Below are positions 1 through 12,162 of a stretch of 64,000 nt of DNA, piece by piece. The stretch is from Octopus vulgaris (taxonomy: Eukaryota). Position 1 is the first letter of the stretch. Each line of letters begins with the position of its first letter. Below the pieces are notes generated by a model. That model did not search any database. It was not told where the DNA came from and was given only the letters and a program-made list of their open reading frames with translations. The translations under genes were made by a program, and so were the position numbers. Where the stretch lies: positions 111,724,001 to 111,788,000 of the forward strand of contig OX597817.1 of the NCBI GenBank assembly GCA_951406725.2, read 5' to 3'.

Positions 1-130
1 TTATTATTATTTTCATATACACACAACAAATTAGACTGTTGGTAAAGAAAAAACTCCTAACATTGGGCTACAAGTAACCTTAGATGCCAAGAACCTGCCT
101 AAGTATCCTAGCTGTCCCTAACAACACTGC
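1..130 (-). mobile_element. Short 5'-truncated 3' end of an R4/Dong-like non-LTR retrotransposon, embedded in (TAA)n
   Basis: 17-130 is clearly similar to 231-385 (tacac.caaca.attagactg.tgg...gctacaagta.ccttagatg..aagaacc), the 3' end of the adjacent long element; flanked on both sides by TTA repeats. Confidence 0.75.
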
Positions 131-178
<48 letters not shown>

Positions 179-230
179 CATCATCATCATCATCATTATC
201 ATCCTCATCATCATCATCATCATCATCATT
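131..230. repeat. Compound microsatellite (TAT)n changing to (CAT)n; tail/target of the R4-like element
   Basis: Direct reading of the sequence. Confidence 0.95.
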
Positions 231-2810
231 TACACTCAACAGATTAGACTGCTGGAAAAGAAAAGAATCCTAACATCAGGCTACAAGTAGCCTTAGATGT
301 TAAGAACCCTCTTATAGGGTTACAGCAAGTAACTTTAGATGCCAAGAACCATCCTATGTATCCTAACTCTGCCTAATAACACTGTTTTCTGGAGCTGTAC
401 TAAACTGGCTTTTATGCCTGTTTCCTCTATCTATCTGTTCAGATTTTAAGAATAATTCCCAATGCACCTATAACTACGGGGATACATTTTACCTGCACTT
501 TCCATAGTCTCTGTAATTCAATAGCTAGGTCCTGGTACTTAGCTATTTTCTCTATACCTCTCATATTGATGTTTTCATCATTTAGGACTGTAAAGTCAAT
601 TATCTGGCACTTTCTATTCTCTTTATCTATTACTACCTTCTAACTCAGGCCGTCTAACTTCTGTTACTCTGACAGTCTGGATGTCAAAGTCCCACAACAT
701 CTTGTATTTCTTATTTCTAAAACTTTACTAGGTTCATGTTCATACTGTCTATCAGTATGTTCAAATCCTAGCTTTCTACATAGCTCCCAGTGGATTGCTC
801 TCTCTAAATTGTCGTTCTTTTCTTGTATTCTTTCTGCGCCAGCATGTTACATTCACTTTCTGTATGAGTAACGTTTTCCACTTTTGATTTGCATAATCTA
901 CATTGGGAATCTAGTTGGTTTTTGTCATCTTGGCTTTTATCCAATTAGTCCTTAATGCTTGATCTTATGCAGCTACTAACAAACTTTCTGTTTCCTTCTT
1001 CAGCTTTCCTTTCTGCAGCCATAACTATGTCTCACTGCTACTGTTTGCTGAAACTATCTATGGGAATCTACTATGCAACGCTTTCTCCTGCTAGTCAGAT
1101 AATTTCTGCACTTTTTTCTGGTTTTTAAGTTAGTTTGGTGTTTTGGTTTCCCTATGTCTTGCTGTGACTCTAGCAGCTTTTAATAAACTTTTTTCACTAT
1201 TACCTACATAGGAGTTTATATCTACTCTAGCTAACTCCACACAGTCTGCTACTAATATTAACCCTCTTCCACCTTCCTTTTTAGGAAGGTATAATCTTGC
1301 TACTCCCGCCTTTGGGTGGAATCCTCCATTCATATTGAATTCCTTCCTGGTTCTTCTGTTTAGCTTTGCTAATTTAGTTTTTGTCCAAGCTACAAAAGCT
1401 GTTGATTATCTAAGTAATGATACTGCCGAGGAATTTACAGCCTTCACTAGATTCGGACCATTTGGCTTTGACTTCATTAGCTTCCTCACCCTTCTGGTGT
1501 ACTCCTTCTCAAATTTCATTTTCATTTCTGTAGTTAGTACTCTGTCAGATAGATTCTGATACTCCTAGATACTTATCACTCTCCTCCGTTCAATGATTTT
1601 AATGTCTAGCCATCTGGTAATTGAATGCTTTTCCTGTTGACTACCAGTCCCTTTCTCATGACGAATATTTGACACTTATCTATGCCAAATTTCATACCTA
1701 TATCATTGCTGAAGAGTCTTACAGTTTGTATTAAGGAATCTATCTCTTTTTCATTCTTACTAAAAAGCTTCAGATCATCCATGTAGAAAAAATGGTTAAT
1801 TTTTCCCTTACTATTTCTAAACTGATACCCTGCCTTTGCCTTCCTAAACTGAGAGGGATCAAACATAATACATATATCAAAGGGGACAACGAGTCACCCA
1901 TGAAAAATTCCTCTGTTGCTATTAATTTTCCCTAAGAGTATGTCACCTGAGTAGAGATCTACTTTCCATTTCTTCATGCAACAGCTAATTAATTCTCTTA
2001 TGTTGTCTGCTATACTGAATATACTCAAACATTCACTTATGCATGAGTGTGGGATCATGTCATAGGCTTTCCTATAATCTATCCATGCTATTGTCAGATT
2101 TTTCTTTCTAGCTTTTACTTCATTTAGAACAGCTTTGTCTAGTCTATATATAATAAATTATATGTCCCTTGAACCTTCTTCTTGTAACCTTTCTGTTCTG
2201 GTAGTAAACTCTGGTTGTCAAGGTGCTCGTAAATACTTTCTGAAAACATTCCTGTTAACAGCTTCCACACTAATGGGATTGGTCTATAGTTGGTCTATAG
2301 TTGCTAGCTCTTTACTCAGTACTTCCTGCAACTCATCTAAAATCTTCTGACCTTCCTCACTTAAATCACTTAAGTCGTTGGTACCAGCTGTCCCTTCCTT
2401 ATTGGTAGCGCTATTATTATTGTTTCCTTTAGGTTCTTCTTTGGTTTGTGCTGTATCTCTTATGTTGTTTGTTTTTCCTTCTGCCTGGTCTTTCTTTTCC
2501 AGTTCTCTTGTGATCTCTTCTACCTCCACTTCTGTCATCCACTTTCTTATCCTAATAGCATTAGCTTCATCAACTAATCTCTTCTCAGTCACTTTAACAT
2601 ACCCTTCTCTACCCAAAGTGTTAACAACCGTTTTCTATAGCCTCTTCTTTTAGGTTCACTTTCTAAGTAGCACTGTATCACTATTCTCTTTTATTCACTG
2701 GCCCCGCTTCCTCCTACTTGCTCTATTATCTGCTGATGCTATATTAGGATGACAGCTGTAGTCAGTCTGCATCTTTACTGATCCACTGCTGAGCGAGAGG
2801 CCTTCCCTTA
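231..2810 (-). mobile_element. Degenerate R4/Dong-like non-LTR retrotransposon (RT plus C-terminal restriction-like endonuclease), many stops and frameshifts
   Basis: Minus-strand fragments: HFFYMDDLKLF (RT YxDD), GMKFGIDKC, GFHPKAGVARLYLPKKEGGRGL, and C-terminal KYQDLAIELQRLWKVQVKCIPVVIGALG...LQKTVLLG (about 545-375); (TAA)n-type tail. The 5' part may continue to about 3400 beyond the MITE. Confidence 0.85.
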
Positions 2811-2813
2811 AAG

Positions 2814-3014
2814 CAGTGGTTTTCAACCAGAGTTCCGCCAGTACAGTCCAGGGGTTCCGCAAGAAGTTACAAAACTGCTAAAATCGGCAGTAATTTTTAA
2901 TTCTCCTGTGCAGATATGTGTGCATAAGACTATTAAATTATTACACAGGGGTTCCTCAAGCCAGTGGAATGTTTCCTTGGGGTTCCGCTCCAGCAAAAAG
3001 TTTGAAAAGCACTG
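2814..3014. mobile_element. hAT (Charlie-like) MITE
   Basis: TIRs cagtggttttcaa / ttgaaaagcactg and a perfect 8-bp TSD ccttaaag at 2806-2813 and 3015-3022. Confidence 0.9.
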
Positions 3015-3423
3015 CCTTAAAGGTTCAGCTTCATTTTCGCTGTTACAACCAAAGTTCTTCGGAAACTCCTGTCTCTCATAAACTGAAGTAAGGTAACGTT
3101 CGTCACCATTCGTCATCACCACTTTTATTTTTCGACATCTGAAAGTTTCAAGCAACTTCTATTGCATCATTTGTTGCACCTTTGTACTCGTGGTGTGGTG
3201 TATGCTGCAATTTTTTTTTTTGGGGGGGGGGGTATTGTACCAGTACATTTTATCTTGGAATTTTGTTTGATTCTTCTGTTGTATTAGCTTGTATATTTTG
3301 TCTTGTTAGTGTAGCACAGTTTGTGTTCTTCTGTCGGGTATCGGCCTTCTATGACACATGTAGTGGGTTTTCATTTTGTTGGGTATTTACAGTCTGAATG
3401 GTTTTGGAGGTGTTGCATAGTAG

Positions 3424-3462
3424 TGTGCGTGTGTGTGTGTATGTGTGTGTGTGTGTGTGCGT
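3424..3462. repeat. (GT)n microsatellite
   Basis: Direct reading. Confidence 0.95.
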
Positions 3463-3544
3463 AACTCCTAAATCAACTAGTTTATAGTATTTGTGATTAT
3501 CTGTCCGTTGTTCTTTTGCTTGGATTTGTTATAGGTTCTGTTAA

Positions 3545-3962
3545 TTATTATTATTATTACTTTCATTATCATTTTCTTTCAAATCTGTTTCCTTTTCTCG
3601 CCGAGTGTCTTCCTGACACCTAGGGCAGAGAAATGCACTGTATACATTTGTAGGCCATTAAAATAATCACACTAGATTGTCCATTTGCAAAGTCATGTGA
3701 TAGAATAAGGAGGGAGAAAGACAGAGAGAAAAAGAAAAAATATATAAAATATAAAAGTAAGCAAAAGGTAAAAAAAGAAACAAAATTCACCGCAACAATG
3801 CTCTCCTCAATACGTGTGATGTACCAGTTATTACAATCTTTTGCACCTCCTGCATGTATGGTAACCCAGGGATCATTCTTAAATAATTTTCAGCTCCATT
3901 TTTGATCATTCCACGTACTCCTACAATCACTGGTATTGTAACAGTCTTGAGATGCCATCTTT
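3545..3962 (-). mobile_element. 3' fragment of a second R4/Dong-like (RLE) retrotransposon family
   Basis: Minus-strand WHLKTVTIPVIVGVRGMIK...IPGLPYMQEVQKIVITGTSHVLRRAL* (about 3960-3788) followed by a 3' UTR ending in (TAA)n. Confidence 0.75.
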
Positions 3963-4017
3963 GCTCCTACTACTGTGTGGTATTATTAAATGTTGTTTAG
4001 TTTCGACTTTATTATTA

Positions 4018-4049
<32 letters not shown>

Positions 4050-4051
<2 letters not shown>

Positions 4052-4277
4052 GGTGGCGAGCTGGCAGAATCGTTAGCACAACGGGCAAAATGCTTAGCGG
4101 TATTTCGTCTGTCTTTGCGTTTTGAGTTCAAATTCCGCCAAGGTCGACTTTGCCTTTTATCCTTTCGGGGGTCGATGAAATAAGTACCAGTTATGCACTG
4201 GGGTAGATGCAATCGACTAGCACCCTTCCCCAAAATTTTAGGCCTTGTACATATAGTATAAAGGAATATTATTATTA
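4050..4277 (+). mobile_element. tRNA-derived SINE, family A (box A/B head, gcctttcatcctttcggggtcgat core, (ATT)n tail)
   Basis: Head ggcgagctggcagaatcgttagc...gagttcaaattcc; core resembles the Deu/Nin-domain SINE core; many further copies in the window. Confidence 0.85.
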
Positions 4278-5466
4278 CTAGCGGGACCCGTGAATATTTC
4301 ACGGAATTAATATTAAACCTATTGGGTTATTCCTGAATACTTTATCCAAAAAGCCTGAAAGCGCAGCCTGTGCTGTATCTGTATCAAAAGATAGTCGCTC
4401 ATCTGCTATTCATTGAAAAGTGAAGGAAACTAAAATGCAATGATTACTTGAGGCACTTTATATACATACTTCATATACTTTATGCACAATTTTATAGACT
4501 TAATACACAGCATTCATACAATAAATATTCACTCTTATTTTTCCATTTTCCCTATAAAAAGAAAAAATTACATTTTAAATTTTACATGGTTACAATTCCA
4601 AATATAGAAAACAAAAATTTTATAGTAAAAAAAATTATTTTATATGTAAAATATAGGGGTCGCAATTTCACGAGGGTCAAAATTTAATGCAACATGGTAT
4701 ACTCTGAAAACCACATCGTTGGTAACTTGTAAGCCAAGGTGATGGGTCAGAGCCAATACACATTTCAATTTGCCTACACTTTTCAATCCAATACTTCTTT
4801 GCAGACTATGTTCTTCGTGTAAGTTCTCTCTCTTCTTTTCCCTTGTTTGTCAGTGTTGTCGGTTAATTTGCAAGCCCTTGGGAATGCTGCATACAGCTGA
4901 CCATGTCCGAATACAGGTTCAGGAAAGAAGAAACCCACTTCATCAAATGTCTGCTCTTACGATTTATTGATAGCCATTGCATATAACAGGCAAAATGGCA
5001 AGTTTGGGATACCCATGCGTTAAGTGATAGGTGATATAAAAAAACTTTGTTCAATTTTTTTTTAATTCACTGTTCGCTATGCACTCACCATCATCTCTCT
5101 CCCTTTCTTTAATCTCACCATCAGAACATCACCCCTCTACTAAAATTATATTCCTAATTCTCCTCTGTATCACTACCTTCAACTAACTTTTTAAACCACG
5201 TAATAATTACGTTCCCCCACCACATGTCATGGACGCTTCTCTCTCTTTCTGTCTCACTCATCGCCTTATTCTCTTTTCTCCCCTTTTTCTTTCTCTTGTT
5301 CTCTCTTTTGAACAAATCACGTCAAAGCGTTACAATTACATTCCCTCTTCCTCACGTCACGGACGCTTCTCTCACACTCTTTATCTCTCTCTCTTTCTAC
5401 CTCTAATCACGTGGAAGTGTTACCGACGGGATAAGTAATGTAATGACAACCAGAATTATTTTAAGA
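4278..5466 (-). mobile_element. Internally deleted Helitron carrying a PIF1-helicase C-terminal remnant
   Basis: Minus strand starts TC (5466) and ends CTAG (4281-4278) with subterminal hairpin ccgtgaa-tat-ttcacgg; inserted between A and T; about 4990-4870 translates YAMAINKS*EQTFDEVGFFFPEPVFGHGQLYAAFPRA (helicase motifs V-VI). Confidence 0.85.
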
Positions 5467-5509
5467 TTATTATTACTATTATTATTATTATTATTATTAT
5501 TATTATCAA

Positions 5510-6322
5510 TAAGGTGGCGAGCTAACTGAATCGTTAGCACACTGGACAGAATGCTTAGCAGTATGTCATCTGTCTTTACATTCTGAGTTCAAATTCTGCC
5601 GAGATTGACTTTGCCTTTCATCTTTTCTGGGTTGATAAGTTAAGTACCAATGAAAGACTGGGGTGGATGTAATCGACTTGTCCCCTCCCACAAAGTGGCT
5701 ACCCTTGTGGCAAAATTTGAACCCATTATTATTATTATTAAGACATGAGCAAGCAGAGTCGTTAGCATGCTGGGCGAAATACTTAACAGTATTTGATGAC
5801 TTTGCCTTACATCCTTTTGGAGTCAATAAATTAAGTAGCAGTGAAGAAATATTAGGGTTGATGTAATCGACTAGTCCCCTCCCACCAAATTTCAGGCTTT
5901 GTGCCTATAGTAGAAAGGATTATTATTATTATTCTGAGTTCAAATTTCACCGAAGTCCACTTTGCCTTCCATCCTTTCAGGGTTGATGAAATAAGTACTA
6001 GTTACATGCTGGGGTTGATATAATCGACTACCCCCCCCCCATCCCCAAAAACTTTTCAAGGCCTTGTACCTAGAGTAGAAATTATGATTATTATTATTAA
6101 GGTGGTCAGTTGGCAAAATCATTAGCATGCTGGGCAAAATGCTTAGCGGCATTTCATCCTGCTCTTATGTTCTGAGTTCAATTTCTGACAAGGTCGATTT
6201 TGCCTTTCATTCTTTTGGGGTCAATGAAATAAGTAACGGTTGTGTACTGGGGTTGATGTAATCAACTAGCCCCTTCCTCCAAATTTCAGGCCTTGTGCCT
6301 ATAGTAGAAAGAATTATTATAA
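5510..6322 (+). repeat. Head-to-tail array of about four family-A SINE copies separated by (ATT)n
   Basis: Units at about 5510-5735, 5740-5930, 5931-6097 (5'-truncated), 6098-6322, each with the core and ggccttgtgcctatagtagaaag-type tail. Confidence 0.85.
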
Positions 6323-8279
6323 TTATTGTTACTGTTGTTATTGGCGCTGTTTTTGTTGCCAGACTACCAAACAAAATACTTTGTAGTATTTAGCTATACT
6401 CCTTTACATTGTGATTTCATATCCTGCTAAGGTTGGTTGACCTTTCTTTCTTCTGGGGTAGATAAAATATATAACTGTCTTGAATGGGAGTTGATTTAAT
6501 TGACTACACCAATCCTCAAAAATTAAGGCCTTGTTAGAAATCATTATGATTTGGCAATATAAAACTTTTATCTGAAAATATTTTGAAATGCCAAGCAATG
6601 TCTCCAAGAAGCTTGTATGTGTTCAAGTGTAAATCATATATATAATTTCTCTGGCAAATAATTATTCAGAATTATTTTCCTACATATAAAACCTTTTTTC
6701 AACTGGACAAGTAGATATTATGATGAGGCTTAATAGACAGAAACATGTCCATATTGGTCTCTTACCGATGAAAATCAGATTTCCCTCTAAGCATATAAAT
6801 TAACTGTAGTTTCTTATTTTCTGGAGAGTTACTAAGAATTGCCACTAGGTTTTTGTTGTCTTTAACCAACTGAGGGGGAAATTTCAACTAATTAGGAATT
6901 ACTTTATGTACAGCATTCAATACACCACTTTTTCACTCATATATTAATAGATGACATTTTATTCACAATTTCTGCTTTAGAAGTTGTTTTTAATGTTAAA
7001 TACTGAAAAACTTCTAATTCTAATCGATTATAAACAAACTATTTATGGAACACCAATTTTTTTTCAGAAGTTTTGGAAACACAGTTTTAATGCAATTTCT
7101 TACAGATGCAAAACATCCACATACAAACAAGAAATAAAGGGGGGAAAAAAACAATTAAAGAGAATATATTTTATTTTATTTTATTAATATACTACTATCA
7201 TCAATACATTATTAAAATTTCAAATATCACCTTAAGGCTTTTGATGATATCTGCTGATACCTTTGTACAATAAAGCTTCACAACCATCCAATAGCAAAGA
7301 TGTAGCAGTTACTTAACAAAAAATAGTTAAGAGATAAAAGATATAAAAGTTAACAGCTGTATCTGTTCCTATGAAACTTCTCATTATCCAAGAACAGCTA
7401 CATGAAAAACAACTCATAACAAGAACTTTTTATTATGGTCCCATAAATTGCTCCATTGCATTTCACTGGTCCAAATCACAGGAAAATATTTGAATATTTA
7501 CTCCTCCATTGCCAAATAAAATTTATAATAAATATTTATGTATCATCTGAACAGTTATGTACAATAACTAGTTTTATTTTTGTTGTTGTTGTTTTTTTGT
7601 TCTTGAAAAAAAAATATGGTAAAATGATTTACAAATTTCAGTGTTAACATAAAAGCAAAATTATAACAAATTACTTTTTTCATAATGGCAAGGGTTTGAA
7701 AAAGACAATAGCTATGAAAATGTTAATGGTACAAATGCAAATAAAATCCTATATGTAATAACATAACATAATATAACAGGTATATTCCTGAGATTAGTAA
7801 AACAATTAACCTTGTGCAATAATATTGGAATTCATATAGTGGTTACTGTTTTTCAGAAGTTAATTATTATGATGGAAATTACACAAAAACTGTTTTGGAA
7901 ATTTTCATCAATATTACCATATATGAAATTCCAAAATAGACACGTTTATTTTAGGTGTAAAATTTATGCCACAGATGAAATTGCAAATTTGATTTGTTTA
8001 TATTTTGCCTTGTTTTTCAGTTACTTGTTTTGAACCTATAATCCTGAGTCCTTAGTCCAATAAAATATTAATTCTTTGTACATGTTAACTTGAAAAAGTA
8101 TAAAGAAATTTAAAACATTTTACTCTTGCATGTCATCATATGTGGAAATTGAAAACTTAATATTTTAAGGCAAGTACCTTTCTGTCATAACATAACTTTA
8201 TTCTTTCACTGCACAAGTTTTTATATTATTATTCAAATAGCAGAAGAAACAAGGAAATAATAAAAGCAGTCTGTGTATG

Positions 8280-8425
8280 ATCATCATCATTTAACATCCA
8301 TTTTTCATGCCAGCATGGGCTGGGTGGTTTGACAGGATCTAGCAAGCCACAGGACTACATCACACACCAATATTATCTTTGGCATGAGTCCTATGGCTGG
8401 ATGCCCTTCCTTATACCAACCAGTG
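8280..8425 (-). mobile_element. Short RTE-type 3'-end fragment or RTE-derived SINE
   Basis: (CAT)n tail followed by ttaacatccattttcatgccagcatggg...ggctggatgcccttcc, typical of RTE 3' ends; family call from recollection only. Confidence 0.5.
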
Positions 8426-9060
8426 TGCATAATGAAAGAAATTTAAAAGCTAACATTATGGATACAGCAATTTATAGAGACTTAACAGTTATGCTAGACA
8501 ATGCATTATCACAATTATAAATATAGATTTTTTTTTTTCTCTTTCAAGTAATTATTTTTAGTATCTGAAATACATAATAGCATTTCTCTAGTTTTAAAAA
8601 AATCTATATTCACCTGAAACTCTCAAGCCCTATCAACTTTTATTGATATTTTTTCTTTTTATCATTATTCCATTGACTGAGTGATCAGTTTTGACAGATT
8701 AATCTTCTGATAGTTCAATGCACAACTTTTAACATTATTATTAACTACATGCACACTGAAAGAACAATCCACAAAACTCTCTGAAATCTATAGGTACCAA
8801 TAAACTGTAAATATAAATGCATGCTCATATTTTGGGCCATGAATCAACTTGGTAAACTACCAAATAATAGATATTCAAGAAAAATGTTAAAAACCTGGAA
8901 TGTGAATCAGTTCCAGGACATAAAATGGAGAAAAAAATTATCAATAATAAGCATTATTATATAGGTCATTGCATATTCTGTGAATAAACAGATTTTAAAT
9001 AAAAAGTAAGAAATATATGAAGTTACAATTCATAAATTGAAAATATCTTCAAATTTTTTG

Positions 9061-10292
9061 CAGATGTACTGCTATTTGAGAAGAAAACTTTTAAGAACAA
9101 ATAAGTGGCCCAGACTTTAACTAAATATCTCTCTTCTTTTCCAGCCCCAACATGGAAGCTTTGAATTTACTGCAAATAATGAAAAAGCATACCATGTTTT
9201 TGTTGTCTTTAACCACAGGGATCTGAGATTGAAACCTTAAATGTCACCAGGTCCTTCATGTTTAAAATAAGAAAAGAACTCCTGGATTTTAGCAGGAATA
9301 TTTTCTGTAGCCAAAAGAAAAACATTCTTGACTGTCAGACATTGTCAGAAAAATCAGGTTTGTCCAGTAAGTCCAGGACATCATCAATGACAATCTTGGC
9401 AAGTCAATGAGGGCCATTACTAATCATTTTCATGTGTCATAGTCAACGATTAGATGCACAAAGACAGATACAAATCCTATATTATGATAACAGGGCAGTT
9501 CATGTCTGATAAAAACAAGAACTATCTGAGTCAATTGAAGAACTTGCTGAACAAACTCAAGTAACCCGAGGAGCCAAACATGCTCTGATTCTCAGATGAG
9601 AAGAGTTTTGTCCAAAATCCAAAAGTGAAGAGGGAGAATGATAGCTGGCTCTGTACCAGCCCTACTGAAGTCCTCACTGTTATGCACACCAAGTTCCTAT
9701 CATCTGTGATGGTCTTTGGGAGTCATGAGAAATGAGGGCCATGTCATGCCTTCTCACTTTTTCCTGCAAGATATTAAGATTAATGTGGCAGCTGACATCG
9801 AGACAACAGAGACAGTTGTCAAGCTTTGGATTAAGAGAGTTGCTACGGGGAGGTGTACGTGTTCCAGCAAGACTCAGCTCCCTTTCATACAGCTTGCATA
9901 ACACAGGAGTGGATGACCAAAAATTTTCATAATCATATTACTTCTATTTAGCCTCCTAGCTCTCCTGGTTTAAACTCTCTGGGCTAAACCTTTGGGGCAC
10001 CATGAGAGGGAAGCCAACAAACCTGCCCATGATACCAAGGATTTGTTGATGTCTGTTGACCTAAGGATGTTATGGCCAAAATGAATAATAATCACCTGAT
10101 CAATGCATTTAGAAATTTCAGAAGCCATATCAAGGCAGTAATTGAGGATGATGGCAGTTTTATTGAATAGCCTTTCGCTATAAATATGTAAGAATGTTTA
10201 CCAAATTCTATGAAAATATATTTGTTTTTCTAATAAACAATTTTTGTTTTCTTTAAATAAAAATTTTGGTCTCAAATAGCTGATGCACTCTG
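9061..10292 (+). mobile_element. Decayed Tc1/mariner-superfamily DNA transposon
   Basis: Imperfect TIRs (cagatgtactgctatttgaga / tctcaaatagctgatgcactctg, TA on the right); remnants GVMRNEGHVMPSHFF and *PPSSPGLNSLG (WPPSSPDLNPLD motif, about 9948-9985). Confidence 0.75.
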
Positions 10293-10960
10293 TATGCATT
10301 TTAACAATGAAAAAAGCAAAAGAATACATTGCTCATATATCTTTTGTGTTGAGCAATAGAAAACTTAAGCATCCATAATTTGATAATAAAATGAAAATAT
10401 GTTGTATCTTGGGAGGTTCATTTTGCCAATAAAAATGCATGCTCACATTATATTTTACTTCTTTTAATTTTTTCTAGTAAATTAATTAACTAATTAACCA
10501 ATTAATTAATTGATTGTTTAACTAAACATTTGAACAATTAATCAATCATTTGATTTGTCAAGAGTCCCTTTGTCAATATCCTTGAGCGCATCACCTCATT
10601 GCTCCTGGTCTGTTAAACCTGAGTATACTAAGGTTTAATATTGTATATTTACACTTTTGAGAATGTGTGTGAGCAGCTGAGTGTGTGCGTATATGTTTTT
10701 CATTAAGATTTTTTTTTTTGTTTTGTTTGGTTAGTCTCTCTTTACACAGATTATGTATGTGCATATGTGCATGTTTTATTTTGAACATGATTTACAATAA
10801 CATATATATGTGTGCTAAGTATTGTCATGTGTAATTTAATGGATAAGTGAAAAAAAAAATCCAAATATTTAAAAAAAAAAAAGACCTCTCCCAAACAAAA
10901 CATTTGTAAGTACAACTTTCATCTCCAAAAACCTGACAAAATCACATGTTCATTTATCAT

Positions 10961-11791
10961 TCAAATTGGAACCATCTGGAAAAGTTTTTCACATATCTGA
11001 AACTCAAAAGATTTATCTCCTGTGTGTGATCTCATATGTACATTAAGGCTAGAATTATGGGAAAAATTTTTCCCACATAGTTCGCAGTGAAATGGTTTTT
11101 CTTCGTTATGTGTCCTCATATGCTTTGTTAGATGGGAATTCTGTGAAAAACCCTTTCCACACATTTGACAACTAAACGGTCTTTCGCCAGTGTGTATTCG
11201 CATGTGTTTTGTTAGATGTGAATTTTGAGAAAAATCCTTTTCACATATCTCACAATGAAAGGGTCGCTCCCCAGTATGGGTTCTGAGATGTTGTGTGAGG
11301 TAAGAATTTTGAGAAAAGTCTTTGCCACATACTTCACAGAGGAAAGGTTTCACCCCAGTATGTATCCTAAGATGTTTGTTGAGGGTAGAACCATCTGAAA
11401 AATCCCTCCCACAAACCCCACAAGAGAAAGGTCTTTCACCAGTATGTGTCCTCATATGTTGGGTGAGATTAGAACTGTGAGAAAAATTCCTCCCACAAAT
11501 TTCACAGTGGAAAGGTTTCTCTCCTGTATGTACTCTCATATGTTTAGTTAAATTGGAGCTCTCTAGAAAGTCTTTCCCACAAACCCCACAGAAAAATGGC
11601 CTTTCCCCAGAGTGTATTTTCATATGTCTTGTAAGATTGATGTTTCTTAAAAAGTCTTTGCCACATGTCTCACAATGAAAATGTAATTCTTCTGTTGATG
11701 ATCTCTCATTACTTTTCTCATGTGATCTCAAAGGTAAATCTTTTCCTTCAAATTCGCTGTGAAAAGAATCTTTTCCATTGCAAATTTCCAT
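10961..11791 (-). CDS. Tandem C2H2 (Kruppel-type) zinc-finger protein, 8 intact fingers plus a degenerate 9th
   Basis: Eight CxxC-x12-HxxxH repeats with TGE(K/R)P-type linkers in one open frame. First in-frame ATG at 11791; the frame is open to about 11890. Confidence 0.92.
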   Translation of the reverse strand: MEICNGKDSFHSEFEGKDLPLRSHEKSNERSSTEELHFHCETCGKDFLRNINLTRHMKIHSGERPFFCGVCGKDFLESSNLTKHMRVHTGEKPFHCEICGRNFSHSSNLTQHMRTHTGERPFSCGVCGRDFSDGSTLNKHLRIHTGVKPFLCEVCGKDFSQNSYLTQHLRTHTGERPFHCEICEKDFSQNSHLTKHMRIHTGERPFSCQMCGKGFSQNSHLTKHMRTHNEEKPFHCELCGKNFSHNSSLNVHMRSHTGDKSFEFQICEKLFQMVPI

Positions 11792-11845
11792 GTGCACTCG
11801 AATATGCAGTAGATGGTTTTTGGTCAATCTTTTTACATTAAATAA

Positions 11846-11931
11846 AAATTGAAGACCCTATTGCTAAAAGTGCTTAAGTCACATTAATTTGCGTGTGACT
11901 AAAGCACTTTTAGAACTAGGGTCTTCAATTT
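11846..11931. repeat. 86-bp hairpin (38-bp arms, 3 mismatches, 10-nt loop) immediately upstream of the ZNF ORF
   Basis: aaattgaagaccctattgctaaaagtgcttaagtcaca ... tgtgactaaagcacttttagaactagggtcttcaattt. Confidence 0.92.
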
Positions 11932-12146
11932 AATCAATTTTTCACAAATGTAATTACAATTGACAAACTCTCAGTCTTTTCTTTTTTATTAAGAAGAAAA
12001 TGATCTTGACTGAACTGTGTAATCCCATAACATTAATTCTTAGTTTGTAACTTGGATTTTTTTTTTTTCATACAATATTGTGAAATTCAAACATATTCCA
12101 TAAAACTGGAAATCTATTGATATAAGCTGTCTTCACTTGTGAGTTC

Positions 12147-12162
12147 TGAAAAAAACAATAAA
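12147..12162 (-). other. Candidate splice acceptor for the ZNF terminal exon
   Basis: Minus strand ttattgtttttttcag|aactcac: polypyrimidine tract plus CAG, about 355 nt upstream of the ZNF ATG. Confidence 0.55.

Noticed and set aside
84-290. Poly-isoleucine ORF
   Set aside because: Translation of a (TAT/CAT)n microsatellite.
4050-4145. tRNA genes suggested by box A/box B motifs
   Set aside because: No cloverleaf; always followed by SINE core and tail.
4870-4990. Host PIF1 helicase exon
   Set aside because: In-frame stop and enclosed by Helitron termini.
11827-11827. TTG start given by the ORF track for the ZNF
   Set aside because: Eukaryotic locus; first ATG is at 11791 or coding may begin in an upstream exon.
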